Source: the human T2T-CHM13v2.0 reference genome, Homo sapiens. Taken from it: a DNA stretch of 64,000 nt. Made by a program: the position numbers and the translations under genes. How positions within the stretch are numbered: the stretch's first letter is position 1; each line of letters begins with the position of its first letter. Shown piece after piece: positions 14,900-30,911 of the stretch. Under the pieces are notes generated by a model, which saw only the letters and a program-made list of their open reading frames with translations, searched no databases and was not told where the DNA came from. The stretch lies in NCBI RefSeq assembly GCF_009914755.1, contig NC_060947.1. One strand, given 5' to 3'.

Positions 14900-17800
14900 T
14901 GTTTTATTTTATATTTTTCACCTCTATTCATGTGTAATTGAAAAATAAAAATTGCGTATACTTAAGGTGTAGATCATGTTTTGAATTATATGTGTATATT
15001 TAAATAATTACAAAAATCATACTAATTAAGATGTACATCATTTCACATAGTTACCATACTTTTGTTGAGAACACATAAGATGTACTGTTAGTAAATTTCA
15101 AGTATATAATACAGTATTATCAACTATACTCAGCATATTCTACATTAGATCTTCAGACCATATTCACCTTTCATATCTGAAACTTTGTACCCTTTGACCA
15201 ACAACACACAAATTTCCCCATCCTACAGCCGCTGGGAATCATTCTACTTACTGCTTCTATGAGTTCAACCTTTTTAGATTCCATGTATAAGTAAGATTAT
15301 GCTGTATTTGTCTTTCTCTTCCTGGCTTATTTCACTTAGCATAATGTCCTCCAGGTCCATTCACGTTGTCGCAAATGGCAGAATGTCCTTTTTAAAGGCT
15401 GAATTATATTTCATTTATGTGTATGTGTGTGTGTGTGTTTTACATAGTCTTTATCCATTTGTCCATTTATGGGCACAGGTTGTTTTCATATCTTGGCTGT
15501 CATGAATAATGCTGCAATAAACATGAGAATGAAGACAACTTTTTGAAATTAAAATTTTATTTCCTCTGGATATTTACACAGAAATGGAACTTTGAATCAT
15601 ATAGTAGCTCTATTTTTACTTTTTTGAGAACCTCCATAATATTTTACATAGTGGTTTACCAATTTACATTTCCATCAATAGTGTACTAAGGTTCTCTTTA
15701 CACCACGTACTCACCAATACTTATCTTGACTTTTTTATATATAACCCATTCTAAAAGGTTTAAGGTGATAATTTTGTTTTTTATTTGCATTTCCTTGATT
15801 ATTAGTGATGTTAAGCACATTTTCATATATCTTCTGGCCATTTGTATGTCTGCTTTTAAGAAATGTAGATTAAGGTCTTTTGCCCATTCATTTATTGGAT
15901 TATTCGTTTTCTCTTGCTATTGAGTTATGTTTCTTACGTATTTTGGATATTAACCTTGTTTCAGATGTATGATTTGCAATTCTTCCCATTCCATAGGTTT
16001 ACTCTTCACTTTCTTAATTTTTTCCTTTGTTGTACAGAAGGGGTGTAACTTGATCCTATTTAATTTGTCTATTTTTGCTTTTGTTGCCTGTGTTTTTGGT
16101 GTCATAATCAAAAAATTAGTGCCCATACACATGTTATGGTGCTGATCTGCTCTATTTTCTTATAATGGTTTTACTTTTTCAGGTATTACATATAAGTCTT
16201 TAACCTATTGTGAATTTATTTCTACATATGGTGTAAGACAATGGTCTAAGTTTTTTCTCCTAAATATTAATATCCACTTTTCCCACTACTATGTATTGAA
16301 GAGACTGCCCTTTTCTGCATTGTGTCTTCCTAAAACGTTGGTTGAAGATCAGTTGAACACACATGAATGAATTTATTTCTGAAGCATTTTTCCATTAGTC
16401 AATATGTATGTTTTTATAGTCCATTATCATACTATTTTTGTTGCTATAGTTTTGTAGTATATTTTCATGTCAGGTAGTGTGATATCACAATATTTGTTCT
16501 TTTAGTACAAGCTTGCTTTAGTTATTTGGGGTCTTTTTTGGTTCCATATGAAATTTAGGATTGTTTATTCTATTTCTGTAAAAAAAAACCATTAGAACTT
16601 TAATAAAGATTGCATTTAATCTATAAATATCTGTGGATAGTATGCATATTTTAGCAATATTTTTATTTTTAATTCATAAACATGGAATATCTTTCCACTG
16701 ATATGTGTCTTATTCATTTCTTTTCATCAATGTTTTATAGTACTCGGTGTACAGATTAAGCTCTTTGGTTAATTTTGTTTTGATATTTTTGGAGACTGTT
16801 GTATTTGGCATTGCATTATTAATTTCTTTTTCAGATAGTTCATTACTAATGCATAAAAACACTACTTATTTTTTCATGTTGTGTTTTTATCCTACAACTT
16901 TAATGAATTTATTATTTCTAACAGGTTTTGTGGAGTCTTTACGGTTTTCTTTTTTCTTTTTTTTTTTTTTTCTGAGACGGAGTCTCGCTTTTTCGCCCAC
17001 GCTGGAGTGCAGTGGCTCTATCTCGGCTCACGGCAAGCTCCGCCTCCCGGGTTCACGCCATTCTCCTGCCTCAGCCTCCGGAGCAGCTGGGACTACAGGC
17101 GCCCGCCACGGCGCCGGGCTAAGTTTTTGTATTTTTAGTAGAGACGGGATTTCGCTGTGTTAGCGAGGATGGTCTCGATCTCCTGACCTCGTGATCTACC
17201 CGCCTCAGGCGTGAGCCACCTCGCCCAGCCATCTTTGAGGTTTTCTGTATATAAGAACATGTAATCTGCAGAGATGATTTTATTTCTTACTTTTCTATTT
17301 AGATGCCATTTATATTTTTTCTTGCTTAATTTATCTGGCTAAAACCTCCACTACTATACTTAATAGAAGTGACTAAAGTGAGCAACCTTGTCTTGTTACT
17401 GATCTTACAGAAAGACCTTTCAGCTATTCAGCATTGAGTATGATGTTAGCTGTGTAATTCTCATATATGGCTTTTATTATCTTGAGGTACATTCCTTCTG
17501 TACCTTTTTTGTTGTTGAGAGGTTTTATTGTAAAAGAATGTTGAATTTTATTTTTTTCTGTGTATATTGACATAATCATATGATTTTTGCCTTTCATTGT
17601 TTTAAAGTGTTGAATCACATTTATTGATTTACATATGTTAAAACATCCTTGTATTCAAGGGATAAATCCTTATTGGTTATGGTGTATGATCCTTTTAATG
17701 TGCTCTTAATTTGTTTTGCTATGCTTTTGTTAAGAAATTTTACATCGATTTTCATCAGGAATATTAACTTGTAGTTTTCTTTTCTCGCAGTATCCTTGTC

Positions 17801-18195
17801 TAGCTTTCGTATCAGGGTAATACAGGCCTCATAAAATGAGTTAAAAAGTGTTTAGTTCTCAGTTTTTTGGAAGAGTTTTAAAGGATTGGTATTAGCTATT
17901 TAAATATTTGGTAAAATTCAGCATTAAAGTTTTCATGTCTTGGGCTTTTCTCTGTTGGGAGGTTTTAGATTAGTAATTCAATCTCCTCACTCATTATTGG
18001 TAAATTTATTTTCTGTTTCTTTATGTTTCAGTCTTAGTAGGTTGTATTTTTCTAGAAAGTTACCGATTTCTTCTAGGTTATCCAATATGTTGGCATATAA
18101 TTGTTTATAGTAATCTACTATGATACTTTGTATTTCTGTAGTATCAGTTGTAATGTGCCCTTTTTCATTTCTGATTTTATTAGTTTGCATCTTCT
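14900..18195 (-). mobile_element. L1MA-like element, 3' part (resumes at about 24800-25125)
   Basis: L1MA 3' end at 14900 and antisense ORF2 motifs (ORFs 15950-16132, 17424-17618, 17987-18190). Confidence 0.8.
16945..17230 (-). mobile_element. AluY-like element with a ~24-bp deletion in the left arm
   Basis: AluY diagnostics gcaagctccgcctcccgggttcacgccattc; ggcctcccaaagtgctgggattac is missing; TSD tcttt(ac/ga)ggttttct. Confidence 0.92.
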
Positions 18196-21100
18196 CTTTT
18201 TATATTTTTTTATTTTAAATCTGGGGTACATACGCTTGTTACATGGTATTGGATGTATAATGGTGGGGGTTGGGCTTCTAATGTATCTGACACCCAAATA
18301 TTGGACACTGCACCAAGTAGATAATTTTTAACTCTCCCTCAACCCTCTCTTCTTTGGAGGCCCCAAAGTTTGTTTTCTTATCTTTATGTTCATGTGTACC
18401 TTCTGTTTAGCTCACACTTATAAGTGAGAACATGTAATACTTGATTTTCAGCTTCTGTGTGTGTTCATTCAGAGTAATAGCTTCCAACTCAATCCATATT
18501 GCTTCAAGGGACATGATTGTGTCCATTTTTGTGGTTGTGTAGTATTCCATCACATAATATATTCCACATTTTCTTTATCCTATCAACTGTTGGTGGACCC
18601 TTAGGTTGTTTCCGTTACTTTGCCATTGTAAATAGTGTTGTGATAAACATATGAGTGCACATGTCTTTTTGATATAATGATTTTTCCCTTTGGGTAGTTA
18701 CTCAGTAATAAGATTGATGGGATGAATAGTAATTCTATTTTTGGTTCTTTGAAAGATCTCCATTCTGTTTTCCATAGAGGTTAAACTAATTCACCTTCCT
18801 ACCAACAATGCATGAATATTCCTTTTCTCTGCATCGATGCCACCGTCTGTAGTTTTTTTGACATTTTAATAAAAGTCATTCTGACTGGTGTAAGATAGTA
18901 TGTTGGTGTGGTTTTATTTTGCATTTCTCTGATTACTAGTGATGTTTAGCATTTTTTATGTTTCCTGTCTGCTTGTGTTTCTTTTTTTGAAAAATATATG
19001 TTCATGTCGTTTGCCCAGTTTTTATGGGGTTGTCCATTTTTGTCTTGTTGAATCATTTTAGTTCTTTCCATATTTTAGGTATTAATCCTTTCTCGGAGGC
19101 ATAATTTGTGAATATTTTCTCCTATTCTGTAGATTATTGATTCTGTTTGTTATTTATTTATTGATTTTTTGCTGTGCCAAAGCTTTTTAATTTGATTAAG
19201 TATCATTTGTCTATTTTTGGTCTTGTTGCAATTGCTTTTGGGATCTTGATCATGAGTTCTTTGCCTAGGCTGATGTCCAGAAGAGGTTTTTTCTAAGTGT
19301 TTTCTAAGATTTTTACAGCTTCATGTTATATATTTAGCTCTTTAATCCATCTTGATTTAATTTTTGTACATGCTGAGAGATAGGGGTGCACTTTTATTTT
19401 GCATATGGCTAGCCATTTTTCACAGGATAATTTATTTAATAAGGTGTCCTTTTCCCATTGTTTACTTTTGTCCATGTTATTGAAAATCAGTTTCTTGTAG
19501 GCATGTGGTTTTATTTCTGGGTTCTCTATTCTGTTCCCTTGATCTTTGTGTCTATTTTTGTACCAGTACCCTACTTTTTTAGTTACTATAGCCTTGTAAT
19601 ATAATTTGAAGTCAGGCAATGTGAGGTCTCCAGATTTATCATTTTTTAGGAGTGCTTTGGCTATTCAGGATTTTTTGTTTTATATGAATTTTATTTTAAA
19701 AAAAAAATTCTGTGAAAAATGACATTGGTTATTTGATAGGAATTGTATTGAATCTGTAGATTGCTTTGGGTAGCATGGTCATTTTAATAATATTGATTCT
19801 TATAATACCTGAGTATGAGGTGAATTTCCATTTATTTGTGACATCTACAATTTCTTCCATCAGTGTTTTGTAATCCTCTTTGTACAGAATTTTCGTCTCT
19901 TGGTTAAATTATTCCTAGGTATTTTATTTTTTTTCTGGCTATTGTAAATGGGATTTCATTCTTAATTTTATTCTTAGCTTGAACAATATTGGCGTACAGA
20001 AATGCTAGTAATTTGTATACATTGATACTGTATCTTGAGACTTTACTGAAGTTGCTAATCAGATCTAGAGGTCTTCCAGAGGAGTCACTGCAGGTTTCTA
20101 GGTATTCAATTATGTCATTAGTGGACAGAAATAACTTGACTTTCTCTTTTCTTATTTTAATACCTTTTTTTTTTCTCTTGCCTGATAGCTCCGGCTAGGA
20201 CTTTCAGTACTATCTTGAACAGGAGTGCTAACAGTGGGCATCATGCAAAAATGCTTCCAATATCTCCCCATTCAGTACGATGTTGGTTGTGGGTCTGTCA
20301 TATATGGGCTTGTCTTATTATTTTGTAGTATGTTCCATTTATGCCTAGTTTGTTGAGGGTTTTTATCAGGAAGTGATGTTGGATTTCATCCAGTGCTTTT
20401 TTTTCTGAATTTATTGATGTGATTACATGATTTTTGTTCTTAGATCTGTTTATATGGTGGGTCATGCTTATTGATTTGTGTATGTTGAAAACATCCTTGC
20501 ATCCCTGGAGTAAAGCCCACTTGACTGTGGTAAATTATATTTTTATGTGCTTTTGGATTTGGTTTGCTACTATTGAGGACTTTTCCATTTATGTTCATCA
20601 GAGATACTGGCCTGTAATTTTCTTCTTTTCTTCTGTGCTGGCCAATTTTTATATCATTGATACTGGATTCATATAATGAGTTAGGAAGGGATTTAAACTC
20701 CTTGAGTTTATGGACTATTTTCACTCAGATTGGGACCAGCTATCATTTGTATGTCGGATAAAATTTGGCTGTGAATCCAACTGGTCCTGGACTTTTTTTG
20801 TTTGGAGATTATTTATTACTGATTTGATTTCATTGCTCATTATTGGTCTGTTCAGGTTTCATATTTTTTCCTGGTTCAATCTTGGAAGATTGTACTTTCC
20901 CAGGAACTTATTCAATTCATCTAGGTTTTCTAGTTTGTGTTCATAGAGGTATTTCTAGCAGGCTCTGATGGTCTTTTTTATTTTCTGGTGTCAGTTTTAT
21001 TTATGCCATCTTTATTATTTCTGATTGTATATATTTGAAACTTTTGGTTGTCTCAGTCTAGCTAGTAATTTATCAATTTTGTTTGTCCTTTCAAAAAAAA

Positions 21101-21835
21101 TTTCATTTTTTTAAATCCTTTCTATCTTTTTTTGGTCTCAATCTCATTTAGTTCTGCTCTGATCTTTGGTATTTCCTTTCTTCTGCTAACTTTGGGGTTA
21201 GTTTGTTCTTGGTTTTCTAGTTCCTTGAGGAACAACATTAGATTGTTAATTTGAGATCTTTTTATCTTTTGGATGTAGATATAAACTTTCATTTTTAGCA
21301 CTGCTTTTGCTTTATTCTAGAGGTTTTACTATGTTGTGTTTCTATTTTCATTTGTTTAAAGGATTTTTAAAAAAAATTTTGCCTTGATTTTGTTGTCTAC
21401 CCAAAAGTCATTCAGGAGCAAGTTGTTTACTTTCCATGTACTTGTGTAGTTTTGAGAATTTCTCTCAGTTTTTATTTCTTATTTTGTTCTGCTGTCATCC
21501 AAGAAGGTAACTGATATAATTTCTTTTTTTTTTCATTGAGACTTGCCTGATTGCTAGACATAAGGTCGATTTTAGAGAATGTTCCATGTACAGATGAGAA
21601 GATTGCATATTCAGCAGTTGTTGGATAAAATATTCTGTATATGTCTATGTAGGTCCATTCGCTCTACAGAACATTTTAAGAAGTTCAAAGTTTCTTTGCT
21701 GATTTTTCTGACTCAATCTTTCTAGTGTTGTCAATGGGGTGTTGAAGTCCCCCACTATCCTCATATTGCTGTTAATTTTTTTCTGAGGTCTGGTAGTATT
21801 TGTTTTATAAATACGTATTCTCCAGTGTTGGTTGC

Positions 21836-23090
21836 ATACAGGAGCTAGAAGAAAAATTATTTAGGCAGATAGTGAGGGTAACAGAGTTCTTGGCAGGGCT
21901 TCCTTTCTGACAAAAAGCAGCCCAGGAAATTATTTTTTTCCTAATAAAGAGCATATTGCGGGATCTGGCCAGCAGCCCGCAATGCAACGGGGCTCTTTCT
22001 TTATCCCCAGGTGGATCGGCAGGTTGAGAAATAAGCTGTTTAATTAATAGCAAAATATTAATCAGCAGTAACAGTTGCAGCAAAAGCTGGTTACAAACAA
22101 TCCATAGAAACAGGACGTGAAGCTAGACAACCGGTTAGACCAGAAATTCTCAGAAGGGAGTATGCCTTAACCCTAAAGAGACCTAGAAGAGCCGTGGCAA
22201 GATGAGGGCATTTATAGCCCTATCTTATCCACATGGACAGGCGCCCCTCATGCGTCCATTTATAGGCTCTCCACAAGGGTCGCATTCCATTCCCAGAGCT
22301 ATGAACATCTGCTTTTCTGGGATAGGAATCTTGGTGATGTGAAACCTCCCTGACTGCACGTCTGTTCACAGGCTCTCTGCAGGGGGAAGCACATCACATG
22401 CTGTTGGCTCATTCTGGCAGTCCAACCTGGCATTGTCTTTACACAATCCTGCATGCAATTTTGTATTTACAGTAATCAGGAGCATTTCATCTTTTATTCT
22501 GTAGCAATAGTTTCAGGGGATCACCCTACAAGAGCAGCTTAAAAAATCAAGCTATAAACATAGATAAGCAAGCTGGAAGCTTGCATGGGGAAATGCCGGC
22601 AGCTGTGCCAATAGAAAAAGGCTACCTGGCGGCTCGGCATATCCAGCATGGAAACTTCATCTTTCCTTTTCTTTGTTACCAAATGTACAGTAAAGAAACA
22701 GGCAACATGGTGCCAGTCAAGTAGAGAATTCATCTGCATAACAAAAGATTAGGGTGGGGGCAGCCAGCTATTTGCACCCTATAGAAATGGCATACCTAGC
22801 CCTAACCAGTTTTTCACACCTTATGCAATTGGCACACTTGGTCTGACCAATCTTTCATGCCTTATGTAAATCAGACACTGCCTCCTCAGGCTTATCTATA
22901 AAACCTCTGCATTTCACCTCAAAACAGAAACCCGTTTGGGACCCCTCTCTCTGCAAGAGACAGCTCTTCTCTTTCTTTTGTCTATTAAACTTCTGCTCCT
23001 AACCTCACTCTTGTGTGTCCATGTCCTAGCTTTCCGTGGCCATGAGACAATGCATCTTGGGTATTTACCTCAGAAAACAACGCTGCTTTA
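21836..23090 (+). mobile_element. MER50-like ERV1 solo LTR
   Basis: atacaggagctagaagaaaaattatttaggcagatagtgaggg; resumes after the insert with gctataaacatagataagcaagctggaagc; TATA-like tataaaa and attaaa poly(A) signal. Confidence 0.75.
21954..22530 (-). mobile_element. ERVK-type solo LTR (probably LTR13A), internally deleted
   Basis: Minus strand starts tgtagggtgatcccctgaaactattgct; perfect 6-bp TSD agagca (21948-21953, 22531-22536). Confidence 0.7.
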
Positions 23091-25124
23091 GAACCATAGG
23101 AAATGCTTGTCTTGCAACTCTCCATGGGAGTTGTTTTTGGATGGAACCTCTTCACTCATTCTGATACAGATAACTTTATGGTGCTCTTGTTCTCTGATGT
23201 GGTGATGATGCTGCTTCATGTAGAGTAGGAGGCTCCACCTTTCAGCCTATGTGGGTGGGTGTTGGTTGTGGTGACGTCAGCTACTTGGCTCAGCTCCACT
23301 TTAGGCTATAGGGGAAGTGGCCACATACCAGCAATGCTAGAATGGCCCAGGTAGTTCTACAGTTCCCAGGCCCCTAGATGGCCAACTGGACAGTGTGAAT
23401 AAGTCCTGAAGGTGCTGGAATAGGGTCAGGTTATCCCAGAGTTCAATTGCTGGCTGTGATGAAAAGGAGTGGACTGGTCCCCAGATCACCAGCAGAAATC
23501 TCAGGATGGAACAGGCAGAACACTTAAGCAGAAGGAGTCTGTGGGAAGATCACAGGTCTGTGGGAGTTGGGTTTTCAGAAGGTCTCTGGGCTGCAGTTAA
23601 AATGTTCACCAGGGAAGGGCAGCTATAGGCTATAGGCCTTTCACTGAGGAGGGCAAGTCCCCTAAGCTAGGGCAATAGATTGGTGGCTGTCAGGCACATG
23701 GCACATTTACACTTCCCTCCCACACAAATAGCACTGGATTTCGCTGTTGGGGGCACACAAAGGTGCCAAGCTTCCTCACACCTGTGCTGGTCTGTGCACG
23801 GTAGGGGCAGAAGCAGTGGTAGTGACAACTGCCAAAAGCTTGTTGCTGCCCTCCGGGAATTGGTCTCTCAGAGGAACTGTTCTGTGGCCATCGTGTCCAA
23901 GTGGGAGTGGGGCAGCTGCACTGTGGGCCAGAAGGTGGCAAGCCCCCATTTGGCAGGGGGCAGCCGAGGTGGGGAGTTGTGGAGCATGCAGCCTGCCCAC
24001 TACTATTCGATATCTCAGCTGTGGCATCTGTGCTGGAGGCATGCGAAAGTGCTCCCACCTCCTTGTTCTCTCCCTGGCCTGGCAACAGCAGGGGATAGGA
24101 CAGTGACAGTGGCAATTTTAAAGAACTTGCCAACTACCTCTTAGAGTTATGCACTCAGAGGAACACAGCCATGACCACAGTGATCAGGCAGGGGTGGGGC
24201 AACTGCACCGGGGGCCCAAGTCAGCAAGCCCAACCTGGCAAGGAGCAGTGGAGGTAGGGGTCACACAGTATGCAGTCTGGCTGCTCCTCAGTACTATGGC
24301 TGTGACATTTATCCTAGAGGTATGCAAAAGTGCTTTGCCTCTCCTCTTTGTGGGGCAACAGAAGCTGGCACTGAGCTGCTTAGAGATCAAAAGCCTGTGA
24401 GGTTTCATGTGGGCTTGAGTGTTGCCTCTTCACAGATTCCAGGTGGCTCTCTGTGTCAGTCTGAATGCCTGGGGTTGTCAAGAGGGCTATCCCATGCTCA
24501 GCATTGTAAAAGTCTGTGATAGAATTGTGGAACCCCCAGGGGACTCTCACTCACTCACCCTTTTCCCATGTTGAGGAGCTTCCCCCAGCTCCAAGCCAAT
24601 CCCAGGTGGGCAGCAGCCTGACTTCATGGCTTCACTCCTTTTGGCTATCTGTTGATCCCATTGATTTTCTGGTGAATCCCAGCATAAGCTCTCAGATTAT
24701 CCATTTAAAGATTTAGTATTTATTTATAACTTTGTTTCTTCTCTATGAGAGAGGCAAATTCTAGCTGCTTCTAGTCAGCCATCTTGAACTGGAACCTCTT
24801 TTCTTTTTTGATCTAGTTAAAGGTTTGTCCATTTTACTTAAGTTTTTAGAAAATCAGCTCTCAAATTCCTTGATATTTTCTATTGTTTTGCAGTGTCTAT
24901 TTCATTGCTTTCTGCTCAGTTCCTTGTTATTTCTTCCATCTTGATGACTTTGAAAATAGTTTGTTTTTCTTTTTCTAGTTCCTTGAGGTATAAAGTGAGG
25001 TTCAATATATTTTTTTCTTAATGTATTTGTTTATTTCTATAAATTTCCCCCTGGAACTGCTTTTGTTGCATATCCTACATTTTGGTATGTTGTCTGTCCA
25101 TTTTCTCTTGTTTCAAGATTTCTA

Positions 25125-27770
<2,646 letters not shown>

Positions 27771-29029
27771 CCATTTTGTCTAGAAAAATTTCACATTGGT
27801 GAAAAAAAAACAAATTTTCAATGGGATGTATTTTTCCAGGTTGAGAAAAATTCAGCATCCATCCTAAATTGCTGTTGGAGTGAGAAGAAAGTGAACTGTA
27901 GAGTGAGCTGTCAGCAACTCCCCAAGATCTGAAGGAATCCAACACATGCTCTCCACATTCTGACCTGTGCTGTCAATCATCATTTACCAATAGCCCATTA
28001 TTTGTATACAATTATCATCTGTTCCCCAGACGTCAGCATTTCGATATAATTTTTGTGGGCTGTAATTTGTCATTATTTTGGAGATATAGAGTAAAGCATT
28101 CTCATAGCGGATATATTTCCTCTGTATTGCATATATTCTGGGCTTACAGAGACAAAAGTTTCTTTTTTATATATACCTATGTAATCTACACTTAAGCAAC
28201 AGAAATATTAAAGTCTTTTAGAAAGAAAACCATTACTTGAGAGACCTCAACTTCCATCCCCTGAAGTTTTATTACTTATAATGGTAAGGCACATAAAGCA
28301 CATAAGTTAGTCTGTTAGCCCAAGCAAACACTAAACAAGAACAAGCAGAAACATAAAGCTCTCATTCGAGTAAATTGTTCAATTACACAATTATACACTA
28401 TCAGTTTATTTCTGCAAGGGGAAAATTTCCCTGAGGTACATTATAATTGTTGGCTTAATTCACATCAACTGAGCTGACAGGCCTATAAGGTGTTTTTTTT
28501 CCATTTTGAACAAGTCTGCTTTCTGATTTCTAACTTCTTTGATCAAAGTGTCAGGCATGATCTCAATTTAACTCTCCAGTCAAATTAGTTTTCTTGATGC
28601 CTTAAAGTGTGTTTTGCTTCAAATTTCCAAGGTCCCCACAGTTTCAGTTTTTTACTTGGAAGATAAAGACTCCTTATATTTATTTTACAAAAAAATTGAG
28701 GTAATAATCTACAGGATTATAAAATGAAAAAGAATTGTTCTAAATAATTCAATTGCTTCAATATGTACCTGCGCTTTCATAGTAAAATATGCTTTCATAT
28801 TACCACTGGTAGTCTTGTCATTCTTTTTTGTTCCCCATTTATGGTATCAGGATGACATTTATTTATATAGCATTTCTTTCCTCAAAAAACATCTAAACAT
28901 TTTGCAGACATTAGCTTATACATGGAAACTAGAGACATGGAACAAGAAAAAGCATAATGAGATCTATTTGTATACCAAGGACCACTCAGAGCAGAAACTC
29001 AACATAGAGCTTCATGATATTAGAGAAAG

Positions 29030-29170
29030 AAGGGAACTTAGAAATTACTTTCACATTTATAGGTAAGAAACCTGAGGTTTAAAGAGAGTGAGTTGCTTAA
29101 CCAAGAGCACACAGCAAGTTAGTGGCAATGCTGAGCCCAAAATTTGTATCTTCCAAATCCCACACTATTT
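29030..29170 (-). mobile_element. MIR fragment
   Basis: MIR core: atttataggtaagaaacctgagg...gagttgcttaaccaagagcacacagcaagttagtggc. Confidence 0.7.
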
Positions 29171-30039
29171 ATTACCACTAAATTATAATAAGCAAAGGTT
29201 TGTAGGATAAGATAAAGGGAAAAGAGAGAGATAAACATATTTATGTTATACCATTTTAGGACACAATCTCAACCAGAACATCAAAGATATTCAATCTTAT
29301 AAATACTTTGAAGCTGATATGACCATTCACATCCTAACTTTTTAGGCTTGCACTATAGGAGAGAAATAATGCTCTAAGAAGCTCTAGTTACTAGAAAACA
29401 CTCATAAGGCAGAAGTCATTTAGATAAAGTTGCCATAGTTGCGGGTCACATGTGGCACAGTTGTGTGTCATATGTGGCACGTGGCACATTCATGTATAGC
29501 TAAAGTCATGAGTTTACATTAACTTTTAGAGAGGTGAAGTTACCTTTTTCTGCTGTTTGCAGGGAAACTACTGCATTGTTTGAAAGAACAACTAAAATGG
29601 AGATTATCTTACCTTCTGGCATGTTAGATAAGCTATGGAAAGAACACAGTAATTAACCCCTGGGCTCATATGTCAGAAATTATTCTTCAAGATCAAGGCT
29701 TGAGTAGGTAGAGGGAGCTCCCTGAAAGAAATGTCTGGCAGATATAGGGCTTCCTGCCTATTTTAGAAATTTCACAAGCTACTTATAGTTGCATTCCTCA
29801 AACTGTGGAATGTGACACTCTGGAGCATCTTATCAAACTCACAGGTGTTGCACAAGTTATTTAATAATTTTGAAAAAATACAGCATTAGTCAACAGCTGT
29901 CACACACATTGTATTACTAGTTCTACTGGTCTGAAATAAATACAGTTTAAACTTTATATCATATTACATTTATTTTGACTATGTCTTTTTTTTGTGAAGC
30001 TAGGTTTACTGCAGTTGATGTGACAAAAAGTAAGTACTT

Positions 30040-30525
30040 AAAGGGATGAGGAGATGGTGGGGAATAGAACAACATAGTTCCTTTGTGGTGATAAAACAGT
30101 TTTATATTTTGATTGTGGTTGTAGTTACACAAATATGTACATGTTATAATATTGCACAGAACTATAAATACATATACCAATAAATGCATATAAGAACTGA
30201 TGAAATCTAATTTAAATCTATAGATTGTATCATTATTACTGGCTTTTGATACTGTACTATTGTTATATAAGATATTACCATTGAGGGAAAACAAGATGAT
30301 GCTGAGTCATTCATGAGGGGTACACTACCATGATCCACACACCTCCCAACACGCTGCATTTCCAAAACTGGGGATTCCGTTTCAACATTAGATTTTGCAG
30401 GGACACGATTCAAACCATATCAGATACCCAACAATATTAGTCATCATGGAATTACAAATCAAAACCACAATAACACAAAACTCTACAACAGGGTGAAGGG
30501 TAAACAAGATCTCTATATACTATTT
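30040..30525 (+). mobile_element. L1MC/MD-like 3' end, split by an inverted templated insert at 30294-30489
   Basis: tataagatattaccattgagggaaa | agggtgaagggtaaacaagatctct are contiguous in the L1MC 3' UTR. Confidence 0.7.
30294..30489 (-). repeat. Inverted copy of 32760-32966 (L1MB/MST junction)
   Basis: Reverse complement aligns end to end, about 16 mismatches in 196 bp by eye. Confidence 0.92.
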
Positions 30526-30911
30526 AAAAAAATAAACTTATTGAGATATAATTCACATACTGTACATCATGCCCAATAAATGTACAAGTCAATGCTCTGT
30601 AGTGTATGTAGAGTGTTGTGCAACCATTAACACAATCAATTTTAGAACATTTTCAACATGCCAAATAGAAATTCCATACCTTCTAGCTGTTAATCATCAA
30701 TCTTGTCATTTCCCCCTTTCTAACCAATTACTATTCCAGTTTCTGCCTTTATATTTGTTTGTGTCCTGAAAATTTTGCATAAATTGAATCATACAACATG
30801 TGGGCTGTTGTAACTGACTTCTTTCACTTAGCGTTACGTTTTTGAGGTGCATCTATGTTATAGCATGTATAAGAACTTCATTCCTTTTTCTTCCCTAAAA
30901 ATATTTATTGC

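Larger units (their letters stand above)
18196..24799 (-). mobile_element. Near full-span L1PB/L1MA-age element (3' end 18196, ORF2 to about 21838, 5' UTR 23091-24799), ORF1 missing, interrupted by MER50
   Basis: 3' UTR aatctggggtacatac; ORF2 remnants (19326-19619, 20440-20724); 5' terminus motif agtcagccatcttg at about 24773-24786. Confidence 0.75.

Noticed and set aside
23680-24400. GC-rich region with overlapping ORFs and a ~290-bp diverged direct repeat
   Set aside because: Repeated units of an old L1 5' UTR; the ORFs reflect base composition
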